Origin: an uncultured Gemmatimonadales bacterium
GTDB taxonomy: Bacteria; Gemmatimonadota; Gemmatimonadetes; Gemmatimonadales; GWC2-71-9
DNA: 64,000 bases
Assembly: GCA_963825055.1 (NCBI GenBank)
Contig: CAWGSK010000003.1
Span: 1-64,000, forward strand
Direction: 5' to 3'
A program made the position numbers and the translations under genes. Below the pieces are notes generated by a model that had not been told where the DNA came from, ran no database searches, and saw nothing but the letters and a program-made list of their open reading frames with translations. Below are positions 59,149-64,000 of this stretch, piece after piece (the first letter of the stretch is position 1; every line of letters starts with the position of its first letter).

Positions 59149-60756
59149 ATGCAGCCTCCTCCAGAGTTCCGGGGCGCCTTCCGCACCGATTTCCGGGCCC
59201 GGGCAGCCTACGCCGAAGGCGCGGGGATTTACCGGATCGTGCCGGTGGCCGTCGCGGTGCCCGCCGATCATGCCGATCTGGCGCTGCTCCTCCGCTGGGC
59301 CTCCGCGGGCAGGATTCCGATCGTCCCCCGGGGCGCCGGCAGCGCCGTGACCGGCAGCAGCGTAGGGCCCGGTGTCGTCATGGACCTGACCACCATGGCA
59401 GGCCCGGGCGTCGAGATCGATCCGGAGCGACGGCGGGCTGTGACCGGGGCGGCGGTTACGGCTGCACAACTCCAGGATGCGGCCGCGCGTCACGGGCTTC
59501 GGCTCCCCCCCGACCCGTCCAGCAGCCGCTGGGCCACCCTCGGAGGGATGGTTTCCACCAACGCTGCCGGGGCGCGCAGCGTCCGCTACGGAAGCGTCCG
59601 GCAGTGGGTACGGCGGCTCGACGTGATCGACGGCGCCGGCGAACCATTCACCCTGCGGCGCGAGGGCCCGGACGACGGGCCCGCCGCCGCCCGGCTCGCG
59701 GCCCTGCTGCCCGACCTGGAGGCGGCGGCACCGCTCATTCGCAAGCATTACCCGCACACCAGGAAGAACGCGGCCGGCTACGCACTCGATGCCTGGCTCG
59801 AATCGGGAGACCTGATCGACCTCGTGATCGGTGCGGAAGGCACCCTAGGGTGCGTCACGGCCATCGAATGGACGCTCGCCCCCGCTCCGGCGTACCGGGC
59901 CGCCATCCGCCTCGGTCTGGGCGACCTGGCGGACCTCGCCCCAGCCGTCCAGGCCCTCCTGCCGCTCGAGCCCTCCGCCCTCGAAGTCCTGGATCACAGC
60001 TTCCTGGAGATCGCGGGGGTGACGGCTGCACTGGCCGCCGGCACCCGCGCAGTGCTGCTGGCCGAGTTCGAGGCCGACGATGCCGCTGCGCTCCGTGGCC
60101 GGGTTGGGGACGCGGTTCGGCGCACCCGGGACCAGGCGCTGGATGTGGTCACCGCGCTCTCGCCGGAGGAGGAACATGAGATCTGGGCGCTCCGCCATGC
60201 TGCCAGCCCGCGGATCGCGAGCCTCCCGGACGACCGGCGATCACTGCAGGTCATCGAGGATGCGTGCATTCCGGTGGAGCATCTGGGCCGTTATATCACA
60301 GGCGTCCGGGCGGCTGCCGCCCGGGAGAATGTTCCCGCCGTCATCTTCGGACATGCGGGAGACGGCAATGTGCACGTCAACCTCATTCCCCGGGTCGACG
60401 AGCCCGGCTGGCCCGGCGCCGTGGGCCGCATCTATGACGAGGTGAGCGCGCTCGTACTTTCACTGGGGGGTACGCCGTCGGGGGAGCACGGGGATGGCCG
60501 GATCCGCGCGGGGCTGGCCGAGCGGCAGTTCGGCCCGGAGTTGACGGGGCTCTTCCGGCGGATCCGGGCCGCGTGCGATCCGGCGGGCATCATGAATCCG
60601 GGCGTGAAGGTGGATCCGGCGATCGGCCCGCTCGAGTCCCTCAAGGCCGGCCCCGGCGCGGCCCCGATTCCCGATGATATCGCCCGCGCGCTGCGCGAGA
60701 TCGAGCGCGGCGGCGGGTATGCGGTGAACCGACTTTCCCTGGCGGGACCGACATGA
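59149..60756 (+). CDS. FAD-linked oxidoreductase (GlcD/D-lactate dehydrogenase-like)
   Basis: [27 protein letters not shown] and SGEHGDG. Confidence 0.9.
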   Translation: MQPPPEFRGAFRTDFRARAAYAEGAGIYRIVPVAVAVPADHADLALLLRWASAGRIPIVPRGAGSAVTGSSVGPGVVMDLTTMAGPGVEIDPERRRAVTGAAVTAAQLQDAAARHGLRLPPDPSSSRWATLGGMVSTNAAGARSVRYGSVRQWVRRLDVIDGAGEPFTLRREGPDDGPAAARLAALLPDLEAAAPLIRKHYPHTRKNAAGYALDAWLESGDLIDLVIGAEGTLGCVTAIEWTLAPAPAYRAAIRLGLGDLADLAPAVQALLPLEPSALEVLDHSFLEIAGVTAALAAGTRAVLLAEFEADDAAALRGRVGDAVRRTRDQALDVVTALSPEEEHEIWALRHAASPRIASLPDDRRSLQVIEDACIPVEHLGRYITGVRAAAARENVPAVIFGHAGDGNVHVNLIPRVDEPGWPGAVGRIYDEVSALVLSLGGTPSGEHGDGRIRAGLAERQFGPELTGLFRRIRAACDPAGIMNPGVKVDPAIGPLESLKAGPGAAPIPDDIARALREIERGGGYAVNRLSLAGPT

Positions 60757-61547
60757 AACAGTATCTCGATCTGCTGCGCGACGTGCTCGAACACGGGGCG
60801 CCGAAGGCCGACCGGACCGGGACCGGGACGCGGAGCGTGTTCGGGCGGCAGTTGCGATTCGACCTGCGCGATGGCTTCCCGCTCGTCACGACCAAGCGGC
60901 TTCACCTGAAGTCGATCATCCATGAATTGCTCTGGTTCCTCCGGGGCGAGACGAGCATCGTGCCGCTCAATGCGGTGGGCGTCCGTATCTGGGATGCCTG
61001 GGCCGACGCGCAGGGCGAGCTCGGGCCGATCTACGGATACCAGTGGCGCTCCTGGCCCGCGCCTGACGGGCGCCACATTGACCAGATCAGCAGCGTCCTC
61101 GAAACCATCCGCCGCGATCCCGACTCGCGCCGGCTCGTGGTGAGCGCCTGGAATGTTGCTGACCTCGACCGCATGGCCCTCGCGCCCTGCCACACCCTGT
61201 TCCAGTTTTACGTGGCGGAAGGCCGGCTGTCCTGCCAGCTCTACCAGCGCAGCGCCGATCTCTTCCTGGGCGTGCCGTTCAACATCGCATCCTACGCGCT
61301 GCTCACGCTCATGGTGGCGCAGAGCACCGGGCTCGAACCCGCCGAATTCATACACACATTCGGTGACGCGCACCTCTACACCAATCACGAGGAAGCCGCG
61401 CGCGAGCAGCTCTCGCGTGAGCCCCGTCCGCTTCCGGTCATGCGGCTCAATCCGGAGGTCCGTTCCCTCTTCGATTTCCGTTTCGAGGACTTCAGTCTCG
61501 AGCAGTACGACCCCTGCCCGCATATCTCCGCTCCGGTGGCGGTGTGA
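60753..61547 (+). CDS. thyA: Thymidylate synthase
   Basis: DRTGTG, ELLWFL, LAPCH and YQRSAD.FLGVPFN. Confidence 0.97.
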   Translation: MKQYLDLLRDVLEHGAPKADRTGTGTRSVFGRQLRFDLRDGFPLVTTKRLHLKSIIHELLWFLRGETSIVPLNAVGVRIWDAWADAQGELGPIYGYQWRSWPAPDGRHIDQISSVLETIRRDPDSRRLVVSAWNVADLDRMALAPCHTLFQFYVAEGRLSCQLYQRSADLFLGVPFNIASYALLTLMVAQSTGLEPAEFIHTFGDAHLYTNHEEAAREQLSREPRPLPVMRLNPEVRSLFDFRFEDFSLEQYDPCPHISAPVAV

Positions 61548-62032
61548 CCCTCGTCGTCATCGCCGCGGTGGCCGCCAACGGTGTCATCGGGCGCGACAAC
61601 AACCTTCCCTGGCGGCTCCCCGAGGACCTCCGGCGGTTCAAGGCACTCACGATGGGGCACGCGATCATCGTGGGTCGTCGCACCTGGGAATCCATCGGCC
61701 GGCCTCTGCCGGGGCGGCGGATGGTCGTGCTCACGGGACAGGAGGGATGGACGGCGCCGGGCGTGGAGGTCGCGCATTCCCTGGACGAGGCGCTGGAGCT
61801 GGCGGGGGACGACACGGCCTTCGTGGCCGGCGGCGAAGCGGTGTACCGGGGGGCGCTTCCCCGGGCGGACGTGCTGGAACTGACGCGCGTGCATGCCGAC
61901 GTGGAGGGAGATGCGTGCTTCCCCGCGTTCGACGCCGGTTCGTGGCGGCGGGTCTGGCACAAGGACCATCCCGCCGACGCGGCGCACGCGTGGCCGTTCA
62001 CGTTTGAGCGTTACGAGCCGCTGTCAGCCTGA
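61544..62032 (+). CDS. folA: Dihydrofolate reductase
   Basis: VIG....LPW..PED...F, GRRTWES, RPLPGR and GD..FP. Confidence 0.95.
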   Translation: MTLVVIAAVAANGVIGRDNNLPWRLPEDLRRFKALTMGHAIIVGRRTWESIGRPLPGRRMVVLTGQEGWTAPGVEVAHSLDEALELAGDDTAFVAGGEAVYRGALPRADVLELTRVHADVEGDACFPAFDAGSWRRVWHKDHPADAAHAWPFTFERYEPLSA

Positions 62033-63672
62033 GCGGCGTGCGGTGGCGCGCCGCCGCGCGGCCGGTCCTCCAGTGTCCAGGATGGCAACCCGGCCAGCCA
62101 GCTGAACGGGTCGACATGCACATTGCCGACCCGGTCGGCAATGGCGGCGACATTGGTCGGGGCGTAGAGGAACACCGCCGGCGCGTCCGCCCGCAGGGTG
62201 TCAAACGCGGCTTTCCAGATCGGCCGGGACTTCGACGGATCGTTGATGCCGAGCGCCACACGGAACAGGGAATCGAAGACGGGGCGGTCGTAATGCCCGT
62301 AGTTGAGCACATCCCACCCCTCGCGTGTCCACTGGTCACCCAGCCCGCGGGGGCTCGGTTCGTCCAGCCACGCCCCGATGTAGGCCTCGAAGTTCCCCGC
62401 TGCCAGCCTGGACTGGAATACCGGGAAGTCCACCGCCGTGATCGTCGCCGCGATGCCCGCGGCACGCCACTGTTCCTGGATGATCTCAGCAATGTGGCGG
62501 CGGGTAGAGCTCGTGGACGGCACCAGGATCGCCACTTCCAGCCGCCGGCCCCCACGCCGACGGACGCCGTCGCCGCCGGGCCGCCAGCCGGCATCGTCCA
62601 GGATCCGCCCGGCGGCGAGCGAGTCGAACGCCTTCCCCGCATTGCCGGACGAGCCAACCCACAGCAGCTGGGAATAGGGCCCCGAGGGCACCCGGGTCTC
62701 CGGGCCGAACACGGACAGCGCCAGGGCGCGGCGGTTGATCGCCGCGGCCAGTCCGCGCCGGACTTCGCGGTCTCCCAGCACCGGATCCGGCTTCCCCCGC
62801 TCGTCCGCGACCCGGAATCCCATGAATCCGTAGACCGCGGAGGGATACGGCAGGAGGCGATAAGTCGTGTCCGGCGCCATCTGCCTGACCATGTCCAGCG
62901 TCAGCGACTCGAAGACGTCGGCTTCATGGCTCGCGACCAGATTGAACGCGGCCTCGGGATCTCCGGCAAACCGCCAGATGACGCGAGGGATGGAGGCGCG
63001 CGGGTCGCCGTCCGACGGCTCGACCCGGTCCAGTTCGAGGGACTGTCCGCGCCGCCAGCGTGTCACGCGGTACGGCCCGCTCCCGACGAGGCGCGCCAGG
63101 GAAGTGTCGCCCTCCCACTGGTCGGTCGGGATATCGCGCCAGATATGTGCCGGTATGATGCGCACATGCCAGGTGGCGTCATACAGCTGCTCCGGATAGG
63201 CCATGGTGAAACGGACGAGCAGGGTTGACGAGTCCTCGGGAATCACCTCGCCGACGCGGGACAGCTGCTCGCGGGCGAGGGCATCCACCTCGTCCGCGCG
63301 GAAGACATCGAAGCTCCAGGCTACGTCATCCGAGGTGACCGGTGTGCCGTCCTGCCATCGGGCACCGTCGCGCAGGTGGAAGCGGATGCTGAGGGAATCC
63401 ACCCGGTCCCAGCTCCGCGCGAGCGCCGGGGCGAACGCGGACTCATCCGTGGTGGGCTGGTCGGTGCGGAAATTCGCCAGCCGCTCATACACCTGGTCGC
63501 TGATGTCGCGACCGACGGTTTCCACCACGAGCGGAGGGAAGATGCTCGGCGGTTCGCCGATGGCAGAGATGACCAGGGTGTGGCAGGTGGGGCAGTCCCG
63601 TTCCCCGCCGCAGGAGAGGGCCGGAAGGGCCAGCAGGGTCACCGCGACAACGCGGAGCCAGGGGGATGACAT
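62011..63672 (-). CDS. ABC peptide/nickel substrate-binding lipoprotein (family 5)
   Basis: ALSC lipobox, WQDGTPVT..DV, GSGPY and VRR.LA.AINR; 22-bp convergent overlap with folA. Confidence 0.9.
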   Translation of the reverse strand: MSSPWLRVVAVTLLALPALSCGGERDCPTCHTLVISAIGEPPSIFPPLVVETVGRDISDQVYERLANFRTDQPTTDESAFAPALARSWDRVDSLSIRFHLRDGARWQDGTPVTSDDVAWSFDVFRADEVDALAREQLSRVGEVIPEDSSTLLVRFTMAYPEQLYDATWHVRIIPAHIWRDIPTDQWEGDTSLARLVGSGPYRVTRWRRGQSLELDRVEPSDGDPRASIPRVIWRFAGDPEAAFNLVASHEADVFESLTLDMVRQMAPDTTYRLLPYPSAVYGFMGFRVADERGKPDPVLGDREVRRGLAAAINRRALALSVFGPETRVPSGPYSQLLWVGSSGNAGKAFDSLAAGRILDDAGWRPGGDGVRRRGGRRLEVAILVPSTSSTRRHIAEIIQEQWRAAGIAATITAVDFPVFQSRLAAGNFEAYIGAWLDEPSPRGLGDQWTREGWDVLNYGHYDRPVFDSLFRVALGINDPSKSRPIWKAAFDTLRADAPAVFLYAPTNVAAIADRVGNVHVDPFSWLAGLPSWTLEDRPRGGAPPHAAQADSGS

Positions 63673-64000
63673 CGGCTTCACCTCGGACGCTCTGGGGTAC
63701 GGGATGCGCGCATCAATTATAGGCGGGTCCCGGCCTCCTTGCCCTCCAGCCGGCTCCAGGCCTGCTGTGTCGTATCGGTACGGTCCCGGCTGTAACGATT
63801 CATTCCAGCGACGCAGAGGCACCCTGGGCGCCGCGAGGCCGCCGAAATGCCCTTGGGACAGCGAGTTAGTACATTTGGGGAGGGTCGGCACCGGCCTTGC
63901 CACTTCCATCGGGTGACAGCACACCAATCACCTGATGGGAGTCGGATATGCGAACCATGTGGAGTGTTGCCCTGGGGTTGGCAGCGGCCGGGAGTCTGGC

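Noticed and set aside
63673..64000. N-terminal extension of the ABC-binding ORF or an ncRNA at the window end
   Set aside because: The signal peptide starts at 63672, and no recognisable RNA structure is present.

Overview
GC-rich bacterial chromosomal segment; gene content and style suggest Gemmatimonadota (inference only). Most of it is core or housekeeping DNA: gyrA, threonine dehydratase, a diguanylate cyclase, a Ser/Thr kinase, otsAB, selD, rnhA, msrB, thiolase, hbd, thyA-folA, an ABC peptide-binding protein and an ECF sigma/anti-sigma/HEAT operon. The standout region is about 8.5-26.8 kb. Two RND permeases with unusual proton-relay residues and an MFP (no TolC) lie next to two AT-richer ~2.5 kb cassettes. 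Each cassette pairs a small Sec-signal, Cys-rich peptide with a divergent beta-propeller lipoprotein; one also carries a CxxC thioredoxin and the other a stand-alone HTH regulator. The cassettes are bounded by collinear degenerate copies of the MFP promoter/5' end. Three more propeller paralogs and a Y1 (IS200/RAYT-like) transposase flanked by REP-like double hairpins follow. This looks like an exchangeable peptide/cognate-lipoprotein cassette system coupled to an RND transporter (hypothesis). Also seen: a selenocysteine-containing SelD with a SECIS-like hairpin (truncated in the ORF track), a shared ECF promoter motif, and 7-9-mer tandem/inverted repeats in many intergenic regions. No rRNA, tRNA or CRISPR array was recognised.
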